Shown here piece by piece: positions 51,612 through 64,000 of a DNA stretch of 64,000 bases. The translations under genes were made by a program, and so were the position numbers. This DNA comes from Podarcis cretensis. Taxonomy: Eukaryota. Under the pieces are notes generated by a model. That model was not told the DNA's origin. It saw nothing but the letters and a program-made list of their open reading frames with translations, and ran no database searches. The stretch lies in NCBI GenBank assembly GCA_951804945.1, contig OX638154.1, positions 51,832,001 through 51,896,000 on the forward strand. The letters are read 5' to 3'. Positions within the stretch are counted from its first letter, which is position 1. Each line of letters begins with the position of its first letter.

Positions 51612-52758
51612 GTGAGTTGTCCACACAGGGGAGAGGAATAGGTGTTCTATAATTCTTTTCCTACTATGTGCAGTAGAGGTTTGCAGCACCTCTGGCCCTG
51701 TCAGATTCCAGTGTCCTTGGCACAATATGCCTCACATAAAAGACTAAGGCTGGAATTAGAAAGTATGGCAGATGTGGGGCCGCTGCTAAAAACAGCAGCT
51801 TCTTGTTTCATTCTTTCCCCTTCCGCAGTAGCAACTAATAATACAATGTGTGACATAAAATCATCTCATTCTGAGTTGCAAACAGCTAATGAAATGTAGT
51901 GGGAAAACCTGGGGCACACTGGCAAGACGTTAAATGTTTTTCCTTATCGGGGAGGCATAGGAGGATGTGGGACTACTGCTTTTCAGAACAGCCATTCTGA
52001 TATTGTCTAGTCCTGAACTGTAAGAGATAGAGACCCAGTTGCCAGTTTCTTGGTTTCCTGTTGGAAGGAAATTGTGGTGCAACGGTGACATCGCTTCATA
52101 TGTCGAGTACCCAAGGGCATTCAAGGAGCTCCTTTTCCAGAGTTGGATACCAAAAATTTTCATCTTCAAGCGCTTAGGGATGCTCTGGTTTGTGGACAAT
52201 TAGTTTCAGTTTATAAGGCAGTCTTGCTAGCACTACCTCATGAGCATGATTATACCACAAACTAAATTGTAGGTGAAAAGTTCTATGCACTTATGCTTTG
52301 TGATAAGCTTTGATGATAAATATCGGCCCACACCATAGTCCTAGTAGAAAATAACTACTTACCAGCAGTTCAATATGTTCTAGGAAAAATCAAGATAGTG
52401 TAGATGGATAAGAATGGGCACTAATAACTTCCTTTATATTTGTATTGAGAATAGTGGCTGGCTCTTTATTTGAGTGCTTAGCTTCTCACTTTGGCCTGTG
52501 GAAGAATCAGGAAACACTAAATTCTGAAATTCTTGGTTGCTCAGTCAGGTCTAATTGATCATCTCTTTATACACATTAACTCCAGAAGTTGGATGCAAGC
52601 AGTTTTAACTGTTTCACTGGCAGTTACGAGCTCTCAGCATATTTGCTCATGTCTGACTTTTGTTTAATTTTATAGTTTCTATCCTGTGTTTTTGCTACCA
52701 TTTCAAACTGAACTCTGGTGTAAATGCAACTGGCAGCTCTTCTCTGAACTCTCTGTAG

Positions 52759-52945
52759 GCTGAACTCTGCTCCAGTGAAAGGCTTTGAAAAGGATGTTGG
52801 TGGCAAGACAACAATGCGAATAACATACCCAGAAGGGGCCATCCAGAAACCAGAGCAATATGAAAAGGATTCCCTCTTTGTGCTGGCAGGGTTCAAGTGG
52901 CAGGATTTCAAGTGGCTGAAGTACATTGTTTACAAGGAAAAAGTG
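52759..52945 (+). CDS. ST3GAL3: ST3GAL3 internal coding exon (187 nt, end of sialylmotif L)
   Basis: Acceptor ctctctgtag, reading LNSAPVKGFEKDVGGKTTMRITYPEGAIQKPEQYEKDSLFVLAGFKWQDFKWLKYIVYKEKV, donor gtaagt. Overlaps ORF 52775..53113. Confidence 0.98.
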
Positions 52946-53547
52946 GTAAGTTACTCTGGAGAAGAACTCCTGGTATTTCCTGACTTTTTGCTTGTAGCTC
53001 TCAGTGCTGTGCTTACATTTCTTGCACAGCTCTGTTTCTGTGGAATGCATCCTATCCATTTGCCTTTCAAAGTAATAAAATGGGCTTCAGAATGCCTTTC
53101 TAATCTCAAATGACCCTGAGTTTGAACACCGACAAAATGAAGCAGAAATGTGGGGTTTGAGGCATGTAATAAATAAATAATTTAAAATGGCAGCGTAAGA
53201 ACAACATATCTTTGTAGGCTGCTTGTTATTGATAAAAACAAGGCTGATAAATTAATCTAATATTCAAGGCAAATAAATTCAAACAAAATAGGAAAATGAT
53301 TTGGGAGATAAGCTAGGCTATCTAGAAGCACCTCATATCCCAGCAGAATACAGTCTGCTCAGCCCATTGATAAACAGATTCAATGGAGGACTTTAACGAG
53401 TGTTTGAGGTAAGAACACTCCAGTCAGGCTGCTATTCCTTTTCAGGTTATTTTTGGTCTCACATACCTGTTTCATTCTGGCCTTTTTTAGCTGCTTGAGA
53501 CATAAGCTGTACTGTAAGCATAGAACACATTTTTTCATAGGTTGAGA

Positions 53548-53750
53548 ATCCAGTGTGGGGTAGTGGAACCCTGGGAGTCTAGGGTTCAAATCCCCACTCA
53601 GCCATGCTCACTGGGTGATCATGAAACAGTTACTGCCTCTCAGCCTAACCTACCTCTTAGAGTTGTTGTGGGGCTTAAATGTTGAGGGGGAGAACCATGT
53701 CCACCATCCACAGCTACTTAGAGAAAAAAATGAATATAAATGCAATAAGT
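53548..53750 (+). mobile_element. Old tRNA-derived CORE/MIR-like SINE
   Basis: gtgtggggtagtgg A-box-like motif, ggttcaaatcc B box, core ctctcagcctaacctacctc...gttgttgtgggg, A-rich tail. Confidence 0.7.
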
Positions 53751-56432
53751 TAACAAACATTAGGGATAACCATGTTTCTAGTTTGGAAGTGTCAGCATTG
53801 TCTCATCTTTTCTATTGGAAAAGGCGGGAGCAGAAAGATACTTAAAAATGCAGACTGCCAAACTTAGCTCAGACACTTTTTAAATAACTGGGCAGCCCTG
53901 ATTCATACATGCAATGCTATTTAGTGGGTTGGATTCAAATATACTTCCTTACCTCAATAAAATGATTTCATCTGTAGGAAACTCTCCTTGAACATCTGGT
54001 TCATGTTGGTAAAGGAGCCAAATGAGGGCAAAGGTTTCCTTGGAAATAAGTAGCCTCTAGGTTTTCCCCGCTCTAAAAAATAACCCTATACCTACTTTCA
54101 CCAGTAGGCTGCCAAAATGAACAGCTTATGGAGCAAGTGCCTGCGGCATCAGGAAGATGTCTTTAGTAGTGTAAGTCTGCTGTTGAGTGAGCACCTGCCT
54201 GCAAGTGCAGCCACGCTCAACAGCCTGCTCATTGCAGAGGTGTGTCTGATGCACACTGTGCAGGGATGACGTTGGAGGTCGAATAGGGTGCAGCTGAATC
54301 TGGGCAAGGGGAAATGCTTCTGTTTTTATTCCATGTGCACATCAGTTGTCTTCTATAAGATCTGAACAATCTTCAATCTACATATCTTAGGAAGGAAAGA
54401 CAAAATTTACTATGAAGCGAAAAGTTCTCTCCTAGCAAATCTTAGTATATGGGCTCCAGAGGCACCAGTGGAGCAAGGAACAAAAGAAACCATCTCCTGT
54501 ACAGTACCCACTTCAATGATTATTTCATTAGAAATAATGGGAAAATGTCTTACTACAGTGTATTTGGAATTTTTTCTCCATATGCTTATACCTGCCTATG
54601 GAACCATTACAGAAGAAGGGCAGTTTTATCAGCTTAGCTCTCTTTAGGCAGTTTTTATCAGCTTAGCTCTCTTCCATAGAAACCACTATTTATTGATGGC
54701 AGCAAGTCTTTTTTTCCTTTTCCCTTTTCTTTACTGGTTTTGAATATTGTGTAAGCATGCAGAGAACAGTGGATAGCTCAAGTGGCAACTAATTCTTCTT
54801 GTGCAACACATTACCACTGTGGGTATTACCTTATTAGCAGATTTATTTAGTCACACATGAACTCTCTGCCACCATCCAGGAAGAGCCAGCACAACAAATG
54901 ATCCAAATAGGTTAAAATTAATCCTCTTTGCCTTGCATCAAAGAGGAAATGGGTGCTTTAAACATTTAAAATGAATCACAGTCACAAGGTAAGCAAAAGG
55001 GGGGAGGGAGGGAGGGGCAATGCTATTAAACTGATTCTCTCTACAAGGTGTTGTACACACAAGGAGTGGAGCAGAAATTCTCTTTCACTCCCCTTCTTTG
55101 ACCTTGTTCTTGCAAGGCAGTTTTCCAGGACAAACTGAGAGGCACGTTCAGGGAGGAGTTAAAATATGTGTCATAGGAGTTTGGGAAGGTCCTTTAATCC
55201 TTTTATAAAGCAATTGCCAAACTGCTGCTGGGACAGGAGTTAGCATTCCTGGGGGACAATGTACAGAACTGTAGTACTCCTGAACTTCTTTCATCCTGCC
55301 TAAATAAGAATAAAAGTTCTCACATTATAAATATGAAAGGAATTGGAAAAGTACTTTCTGCTTTGAAGTTTTAGCTTTAGACCACTTGACAATGCTGCAT
55401 CTGAAACCTTGCCTCTCTCCCCACAAGCTTCAGGGAGATGTACGGTACTTCTCCTTGTTGTTGTTTTGGCATTGTTTCCCAGACTTGTAATCTGCTGGTA
55501 TTTGCAAATACTATTAGCATAACTTTCCATTGATATGCTCATTTTTTAATGTTCTATTCATTTTTTTAGTGCTCTCTGGAGGTGAGGTAGTGACAGTGCT
55601 CAGTAGCTTGCACAGGATGTCTAGTTCCCCATGCATTTATTCATTACCAAGGAAGGAGTTTATCTCATGCTGTTGCCTATTTTCAGAGTTCTCAGTCACC
55701 AAGATGAATTATCACTAAACATGCTGTGTTTCTTTGCCTCTCCAGCTTTACTGTCATTTCAGTTCAGTGATTTGTTTGTTTTTGAATTTATTTATGTTGT
55801 AGTTCGGGGGGGGGGGATAGGGGCTTCTTCACTACTCTCAGCACTCTTAACAAACTACAGTTCACAGGATTTTTTGGGGAAAGCCATAACAGTGCCCCGA
55901 CTTATAGGCATGTGAAGACTTTATTAGAGCTAATGGGGAAATAGTTGACACTTAACAGCACTTCCTGTAGGATGGCACGCTTAAGTACCAATTTACAGTT
56001 GGAGGGGGAAGTCTACCAGTGGAATGGCACAGCACTGTCAGAGGCCTCTCAGTAGTGCCATAGAAAGAGTTCAGAGATGTGCATGTCCTGCTGGCTGTGT
56101 TATTGCAATGACACCAAAATTGTAGTCAATGGGAGGAAAACAAGAAGTAAAAAGGGAAGAAATAAGAAAATACCCCTTCCTGTCCTATAGAGAAGACTGT
56201 GCTGAAGCTGCTGGAATCAGCTTTAGTTTTGTTATGCCAACTAAGATTAGCAGTTAGGTTTATGGCCTTTTTGGCTTGTCTGTTCATGGCTGTTTTAATA
56301 AGGAGACACATAAGTTGTCCCAACAGCTTCATGCAGAATGGTAGTTGCTGTAAATTCTTCAGTTTAGCACAGCAAAAGATCATACAAATCCATGCAGGTT
56401 AAAACATTTTGAAAAGTAGGAGCTTGTGTAGG

Positions 56433-56434
<2 letters not shown>

Positions 56435-56464
<30 letters not shown>
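56435..56464. repeat. (CA)n microsatellite
   Basis: Direct reading of the sequence. Confidence 0.95.
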
Positions 56465-56466
<2 letters not shown>

Positions 56467-58794
56467 GTGTATTTATGTAAACATAAGGCAGACATTTCCC
56501 TGCTGAACTCCCAGTTTGTCTTAGTGTTTGCCATATATAAATCATAATTTAGTTTATATGTGGGAGAAGCAGAAAATCTGGCAGCGTTGCCTGCCCACAC
56601 AACAGTGGACAAGCATAAGTCTACAAGACTATACAGGTTTGCACAGGATATCTTTGGCAGTGCTGAAACTGTTCTTTTCACTGTGGTGCTCTCCATCAGG
56701 TGGATGGCTATAAGTGAAAGGGGAAAGTGCTTAATATTAAGGTCAGCATCACAGAAATGACATAAAATGAGTGCCTTTTTGAGAACAGGTGACCCATCAA
56801 ATCCTTAGAAAGTGTTGAATGGAGTATTACAATTGAGAATACGCATGAGTTCATTTCTGCAGCCTACAAATACAAAACCCATTGGGAGCTCTTGAAGTTA
56901 GAAGGCATTGTGGATGGTTATGAAAATCATGTACTTGAAGTATGTGCTATACACAAAGGGATTTTACATTTCTTCCTCTTTCTTCTTAACGTTTGCGTTT
57001 CCTCTGATAGCCAAATATCTAAGTATTTACTTACGCCAGTTACCCACTTGTAAACACTGTGGAGAAAAGCATCTATGCACTGAAGGTTTCAAAGAGAATA
57101 TTTGTGTACCATGAGCATGGTGATCTGAGTATTTGTGATTCAGTTTCTTTAAAAATGTGTGTTTTTGAGTGCTCAGAACTACATTCTACAGTACAGTCTT
57201 CAGACCTTACTTCAGTCTTTTGATTTGCTTGGAGGGCTTCTGCTTAGGTAAAGGCAAACATTTAGCATCTAACTTGCAGCCTGGAACAAGAAACATTTTA
57301 GAGCACTATATTCAAAACCATCTGCAAGAACCATGCAAGCTTACCAGCTACTGACTAAAACGCCCTGTTTAGTTAGATGCCTTTATTATTTATCACATCA
57401 GAATTCTTCTTCCTTTTCTTCTGTTTGTGATTCTCATGAACAAATGTAAGCAGATGAGTCTTGAGTTGCTAATTGAGAGTGCCTACTTTGGGGCCTAACC
57501 AAAGTTATATGTGGGCAGAAACACTTCCCATTTGTCAGTCTGGTAAACCTACCTTTCACTTGTGCAATGGAGTCAGGGATTGTATAACTACATTCCTGGT
57601 TGGGTGGGGCACACAAAGAGGCACATGGTGAATTGGAGCATTGTTTGGTCTACATCTGCCCTTTTCCGTTTCCTCTCTCAATTGTTGCCAATTGTACCAA
57701 AGGCCAACTGCATTCACCTAGATACTTTGAGGCAAGCCTCCATTCTCATTCATTATTCTGTGTAATTTTCACAAACTTGTTCCTGAAGTATAAAGCACAA
57801 AAATATCCCCTTACAGAAGCCCTTATTTCCAAATGATTTGTCTTTCCTGCTGATCTACAGCCATTCTCATACAACTGATGTGCAACTAATTAGGGATCAA
57901 TGAGCAGTTTTACAGGACTAAAGTTTTGTTTGCAGGACGTGGAGTACTATATTGTGATGTAACCTGCAGAATCTGTGAGATGCACAGCTACGAATCAACA
58001 CACCTCCTGAGTTACGGCTCTTTAAACGAAACTGGGTTGAAGAAACTTCATTTCTTTGCTGCCCTAGGGGCATCATGCATCAACAGGCTAACAGAGTCCT
58101 GGTATCATTCATTTCAGGAGGGACAAATTTGGAGTGGAGAAGTAGCAAGAGTACTTAACACTTTCCCCACCTACCACTCTGCTGCATATCACCCCCATCT
58201 GCAGCGTTCCAAATTCATGTTTGTCCTTGCAATGACTAGGAGATGCATGGGAAGTAATTTTGACCACAGAAATAATTACCTGGGGAAGGGTAATGCATCT
58301 ACCTTTCAGTTCTTTATATGAAATTGAGGCAGCATAATGACTATAGACTCAACTACAGAGGAACAAAATGTGCACAAATAACTCATCTTTGCACTATTTC
58401 TTCTATTTTTTGCCTGTCTCTGATCCCTCACCCCACCCATTTTTTGGTTAATTGGTCAGTTACATTATATTTTTGCACTTTTTTCAGCAGTACAACTGAA
58501 AGTTCAACCAGGGCACGGGGAACCTTTACTAGGAAGGTAGCTAATAACCCAATCGTATCCATGCAACCTAAATGATAGCTCATTTATCCCTTGGGCAGAT
58601 GCAAGGAAAAAGAAATGCAATTCAAATAAAAAGTGTGAGAAGGAATGTATGACACCAGACTGTTGCACAGTGAGCAACATGAACACAAAATATATCTAGG
58701 AGATCTACTACCACCTCTACCCCATGAGCACACCGTTATGTGAGCTCTCTTTGGACCTTTTTCTTTGCCCCTTTGTGTGAGAAACTGGGAAAAG

Positions 58795-59058
58795 TAGGGT
58801 TGTCATACGTCCAGAATTTCCCAGACATAAACAGAATACTGCAGTTGGAATCAGGGTCTGGGCGGAAATCGGCAAAATGTCTAGGAAAATTTGGATGTAT
58901 GGCAACCCATGTTGGCAGTGTAGTTTTTGCCGATTTCCCTTTAAAAATAGCTCAGAACCATTTTTGGGGTTTTTTTTTGCAATTTTGCAAAAAAATAAAA
59001 TAAAAAGCTCAACAACCTTTGTGTCTGGGTTTTCACTTTTTGAAATATGGCAACCCTA
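58795..59058. mobile_element. hAT-type (Blackjack/MER53-like TIR) MITE
   Basis: TIRs tagggttgtcata ... tatggcaacccta. The direct repeat ggaaaag flanks both sides. An extra internal TIR-like tatggcaaccc lies near 58898. Confidence 0.82.
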
Positions 59059-59247
59059 GGAAAAGGCAGGTACTATATGTCCAGTGGAGATGTGTGAAGT
59101 CCACTCTGCTAAATCCGCAGGCTGAACTAATCCTGCAGCTATCCCAGTCTAATTGTTGGTGGCTGAACAAAGGGACAGAGGAGCTGTTAGGTCTTCAAGG
59201 TCACTGGTGGCTTGGAGATTTGCTGGAGAATCATACTTTCCTTTCTC

Positions 59248-59324
59248 GTTTGGAGGTTCTAGCAGGGGAGCGCAGCTATCGTATACCCTTGACCGAAGAA
59301 CGGTACACTCCTTCTATCTGGGAT
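59248..59324 (-). pseudogene. RN7SK: 7SK snRNA-derived pseudogene fragment, 3'-truncated, 5' part hidden in N gap
   Basis: The reverse complement reads atcccagatagaaggagtgtaccgttcttcggtcaagggtatacgatagctgcgctcccctgctagaacctccaaac. This closely matches recalled vertebrate 7SK nt ~155-229 (…TCTTCGGTCAAGGGTATACGAGTAGCTGCGCTCCCCTGCTAGAACCTCCAAAC). Similarity stops abruptly after CCAAAC. Confidence 0.9.
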
Positions 59325-59492
59325 NNNNNNNNNNNNNNNNNNNNNNNNNNNNNNNNNNNNNNNNNNNNNNNNNNNNNNNNNNNNNNNNNNNNNNNNNNNN
59401 NNNNNNNNNNNNNNNNNNNNNNNNNNNNNNNNNNNNNNNNNNNNNNNNNNNNNNNNNNNNNNNNNNNNNNNNNNNNNNNNNNNNNNNNNNNN
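59325..59492. other. Assembly gap or masked segment (168 N)
   Basis: Run of n characters in the sequence. Confidence 0.99.
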
Positions 59493-61119
59493 TCTGTGGA
59501 GATGCTGGGTTCAAGGTCTGGGCTGGACTGAATCCTGGCACTTGGATACATTTAAGGACATTAAAAATACATCCCATTAACTGGTTTTAGTCCTTTGCAC
59601 AACATGCAACATTTATTACATGCCTCCAGCTTGGAAGCTTTTCAGAATGCATTCTTCATTAGTGTCTTTGCACTCCACTAAAATATGATGGCTAGAAAAG
59701 TGCCATACTTCAGGAAAGAGCTTGAATACGAGCTATATTCTAGGTGGACCTATCAGGGGTTGGCTGTTCCTTCATGGCTTGTGGATGTCAGGCATTTTGA
59801 GCCAGTGTGTTTAATGCTTTTTTAAAAAAGTCAAATAACCTTTTAATGATAGTATATAATAAAGCCCATTTGAAAACATATCTGAGGTTCGTAGTTGGGT
59901 TAGAAGAGTGGTGATTATGTCGGGGAGAGCAGGCGCAAACCAAACTAGACTTCACCAACTGCCCACAAATCAGAGATGGTGGCCGTGACCAAGCTACAGA
60001 GCTACAGAGCAAACTCTGTATTTTAAGGGCTGTTGCTTCAATGAGAGCAGGGGTGTCCAGGGAATTTCCATTGGGTTTGCTTTGCCCAGTTTCTGCTTTC
60101 ATAATACAACACTCCTTATTTGATGACAAATGCACTTCATTGTGAGACTTTATTGCTTGCTGAAGGAAATAATTACTTCCTGCAACTAATTATATAAAAA
60201 TGAAGTCACAAGAACAGGCCAATTGCCTGGGAAGTGACTCAGTGCAATGACTGTAAGAAAAGCGCTGGAAAAGATCTCAGTAGCAGTACTTCACTAGACC
60301 TCACTTTGGTGTTCCATAATGAAGAATAGATAAGCATCTTTTTTTCTGAGCCTACCCAACACATGACTGCAAAGGAGTGGAGAAATTGGCAGTGTTGATA
60401 CCATCCTCCACACATTCTTGAGATAGCTTGGTGTTTTTAACACCCTCTCTGGTGTCATTACTCGGTTCAAGCATTCAGATAACAGAAGGCCAAGGATACC
60501 CTGACATCCCCCAAGTTGCTCTCCTCGGTTCAACCAGTATTGGCAAATGTAAGTAATGACAGGCACCGGAAAACTCTCAGCTCTTCAGGATGCAAACTCC
60601 CACTTTGATGGTGGAAACAACCTCAGTGCCTTGCAAAGAGGGGGGATGGATATCGTTTGACTGAGAAAGAAGAATGAATTTAGTCACAAATCTCAAGAAG
60701 GAATGTAATGTAACAGCATAATCCTCTACATGCCTTCTCAGAAATAAGCCCCATTGAGTTCAATGTGTTCACTTATGCAATTGAAAATCTGCCACTCCCC
60801 CTGTTATTCAGGTGGAGGCAATAATAGATTCTGGAAGAGGTAAAGGCAAACTCAGCTCATATGTGCCTTGCTTTCACCTGTGCTCTCATAGATGAAACAA
60901 TTATATCCTCCCAAATCTACCTTACAAACCACATTCCATATATAGAATGTCCTTAGCTGTGCTCTTCCTGTTCGCTGAGCATTTCATGTGACATCCCACA
61001 TGATGTGGATTCAATTGATTCAAGTGTAAAGTTAAAGAAATTGGAAGGAGGGTGTAATTTAGCCCTCCACTCAACGCTCAAGAAGAACAAAATAGGAGTC
61101 CTCCCTAATTACTGATCAC

Positions 61120-62485
61120 TGGAGTAAAGGCAAGTAAGAAGTGATATGATATATGTGTATAAAATTATGCATGGCATGGAGAAATTGGAGATAAAAAAAG
61201 TTTTTATCCATTTCTCATAACAATAGAGCTCATGGGCTCCAGTGAAGCTGAATGTTGGAAGATTCAGGACAGATGAAAGGAAATACTTCTTCACACAGTG
61301 CATAGTTAAACTATGGAATTTGTTCCACAAGAGACAGTGATGGCCACTAACTTGGGTGGCTTGAACAGAGGTGGCTTCAAGGAAGATCCAGAGGACAGGA
61401 TCACACTTCAAAATGACCTTGACAGATTAGAGAACTGGGCCAAAACAAACAAGATGAATTTTAACAGGGAGAAATGTAAAGTATTGCACTTGGGCAAAAA
61501 AAATGAGAGGCACAAATACAAGATGGGTGACACCTGGCTTGAGAGCAGTACATGTGAAAAGGATCTAGGAGTCTTGGTTGACCACAAACTTGACATGAGC
61601 CAACAGTGTGACGCAGCAGCTAAAAAAGCCAATGCAATTCTGGGCTGCATCAACAGGAGTATAGCATCTAGATCAAGGGAAGTAATAGTGCCACTGTATT
61701 CTGCTCTGGTCAGACCTCACCTGGAGTACTGTGTCCAGTTCTGGGCACCACAGTTCAAGAAGGACACTGACAAACTGGAACGTGTCCAGAGGAGGGCAAC
61801 CAAAATGGTCAAAGGCCTGGAAACGATGCCTTACGAGGAACGGCTAAGGGAGCTGGGCATGTTTAGCCTGGAGAAGAGGAGGTTAAGGGGTGATATGATA
61901 GCCATGTTCAAATATATAAAAGGATGTCACATAGAGGAGGGAGAAAGGTTGTTTTCTGCTGTTCCAGAGAAGCGGACACGGAGTAATGGTTCCAAGCTAC
62001 AAGAAAGAAGATTCCACCTAAACATTAGGAAGAACTTCCTGACAGTAAGAGCTGTTCGACAGTGGAATTTGCTGCCAAGGAGTGTGGTGGAGTCTCCTTC
62101 TTTGGAGGTCTTTAAGCAGAGGCTTGTCAACCATAAGTCAGGAGTGCTCTGATGGTGTTTCCTGCTTGGCAGGGGGTTGGACTCGATGGCCCTTGTGGTC
62201 TCTTCCAACTCTATGATTCTATGATTCTAAGATAAGGTTATCTGTAGCTACTAGCTACAGTAACTGGCAGAAGTTTATTCCAGATGCTTCTAGAAGTGAA
62301 GCCCTTGATGGTGCCGAAGCAGTGTCATGCTTCTCAATACCAGTTTCTGGCAACCATAGGAAGGGAGAGGGCTGTTGCATTCAGATCTCACTTGTGGGTT
62401 TCCCATGGGCGTGTGGCTGGCCATTGTAAAAGCAGGAAGCTAGTTGGACTACTGTCCTGATCCAGCAGGGCTATTCCTATGTTAC
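61120..62485 (+). mobile_element. Older, decayed CR1-family 3' end split by the young CR1
   Basis: Left part 61120-61387: aaaattatgcatggcatggagaaa...agattcaggacagatgaaaggaaatacttcttcacacagtgcatagttaaactatggaat. Right part 62229-62485: aagataaggttatc...gatccagcagggctattcctatgtt. Same family as the minus-strand copy at 21.2-21.9 kb. Confidence 0.75.
61388..62228 (+). mobile_element. Young 5'-truncated CR1 LINE (RT C-terminal region plus 3' UTR)
   Basis: Uninterrupted frame LQNDLDRLENWAKTNKMNFNREKCKVLHLG...LYSALVRPHLEYCVQFWAP...LEKRRLRGDMI... with stop at 62152. Ends in ccaactctatgattctatgattct, the CR1 (TTCTATGA)n tail. 5-bp aagat duplication at 61383-61387 and 62229-62233. Confidence 0.95.
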
Positions 62486-64000
62486 TACTGCTAAGATACT
62501 GTAAAATCTGCTGCTTGTCTGCTTGAATTTCTGCCTCTTGGGCTACAGGGTACTCACTGTATTGAATCACCTCCCATCAACTCATCTCTAGCCCCTATCC
62601 TAAAAAGATTTCTCTTATCCCAGATCTGAGGAATATACTTTTTGATAAGGTCTATACAAACATTCAGAATATATCCCTTAGCTCTCTTCCCATGACTGAG
62701 CTGAATGAGCTCCAAGAAATGTGTGGTTTTAGTAGTGCCTGGCATTTGTTAACTGCCCTGTCTGTCTGCTCCTCTGAGTCTAAAGAAGGGCAGGTATCCC
62801 CAATAGGAATTAACAGCTTTAGACATTTCCCCAAGCATCTGTCTCTAATCAGACTATTAGACATAATAGTGGCTGCCCCAGTAGAACACAGCAGCTGAGA
62901 GGATACCTTAATACCAGCTGCTAAAGCCTACAGGGGTTAGTGGCTATGGAGCCAGCTGCCTGTGGTTTGTATAGTGGTGGATATGAGCTTTATAGCTGAG
63001 AAACAAGGAGCTGTAGAACAAAACCACAAAGCCTCTGTTTTGGAACCCAAACACAAGGAACAGGATGCTTTTATTCTGAATGCATTCAGCATGGTAGCAC
63101 ATTTCAGTAATGTTGATAATCCTAGAATAATACAAATGAAATTGACCAGAATATCACCCATATCCTATTACTCAAAGTAGAATATATTTTCAAACTCCAG
63201 TGTGCCCAAAATAGGTTTAAGCAAAGTGTACCATGGTAAAAAGACTGCACAGCTAATATCTCTGCAAGTGAGCCCTGCCACCCTTAAAGGGAAAGCAATC
63301 CAGTCCAACAATCTGGTTCCCCCTCCCCCTAGAAGTCAAGTCCTTGATGGTCTAGAAGCAATAGGTCATATTACCGTAATTATAGCATTAAGAAAAAAAT
63401 TGAAATACATACACACATTTTTGATGCATTAAGTTTGCCTGCCCATCACTAGCTCCTGGAGTTTACACACAGATGTTGCTGGCAACAAGACAAGGTAGTT
63501 CAAATAAACCTAGAAAATTTCATGTTTAGAAAACTCCTTGTAACATTTTCTTTGATGCCATCCGCGAAATGAAAATATTGCTGACTTTGGGGTTTTGTTT
63601 TCATTTGTAGATGTTTCAGGATCACAGCATTGGCTTCTGGGCATAAAGACAAGCTATAGGAAGCTTTCCTAGTTGATAATGTTTTGTTGACGATTGTTTA
63701 AACCCCAGAGCTTGCATAAAACACAGAAATATATTTAATCCAATTTGTAAATATTTTATTTAAACAAGCAGTCCATCTGCTTCAGTTCACAGTTGCATTC
63801 AAAGCACTGCCCCACATGTTTCTGAGTCATGGGCCACCCCTTCTTATTGCATTGTGAAATTGGCCAAGATCCTTCCATTATCCTGGAGTTGCAAACATGG
63901 TGCTCATGACTGATTACTTCCACTGGTACCTTTGAAACTCCCCCCCCCCCATCATGAGGTATCAAGTATATAGAGCTGAAGAAGAACTTAGAGTTACATT

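Noticed and set aside
59248-59492. Functional 7SK gene
   Set aside because: The 3' ~100 nt, including the terminal stem-loop and oligo-T terminator, is absent in unambiguous sequence.
59019-59590. ORFs spanning X residues
   Set aside because: Artefacts of translating through the N gap.
61313-62152. 279-aa ORF as a host gene or functional reverse transcriptase
   Set aside because: It is a chimeric, 5'-truncated CR1 ORF2 remnant lacking the endonuclease and the catalytic RT core.
52946-64000. Next ST3GAL3 exon (SASDGFWKSVATRVP...)
   Set aside because: No matching translation found by eye. It presumably lies beyond the window end.

Overview
Vertebrate genomic DNA, AT-rich and CpG-poor, and almost certainly from a squamate; the Sauria-SINE, L2 and CR1 content suggests a lacertid-type lizard (inference). 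The whole window lies inside one + strand gene, the alpha-2,3-sialyltransferase ST3GAL3. Five internal coding exons are present (1288-1380, 38794-38888, 48474-48537, 51516-51611, 52759-52945; 535 nt, all AG/GT bounded). They splice into one open frame covering the stem region and sialylmotif L; the start and the C-terminal exons lie outside the window. The introns hold SINEs, CR1/L2/RTE LINE 3' fragments, several MITEs, a probable solo LTR and microsatellites. The two most notable observations are (1) a 2.26-kb Tc2/Kanga-type MITE with intact TIRs and TA target duplication carrying a 154-bp x ~10.5 tandem array with a 616-bp (4-unit) higher-order duplication, and (2) a 3'-truncated antisense 7SK snRNA copy whose 5' half runs into a 168-N gap. 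Nearly all ORFs in the supplied track are spurious intronic or repeat ORFs. I found no prokaryotic-type system such as CRISPR. All family assignments come from recalled consensus sequences, not database searches.
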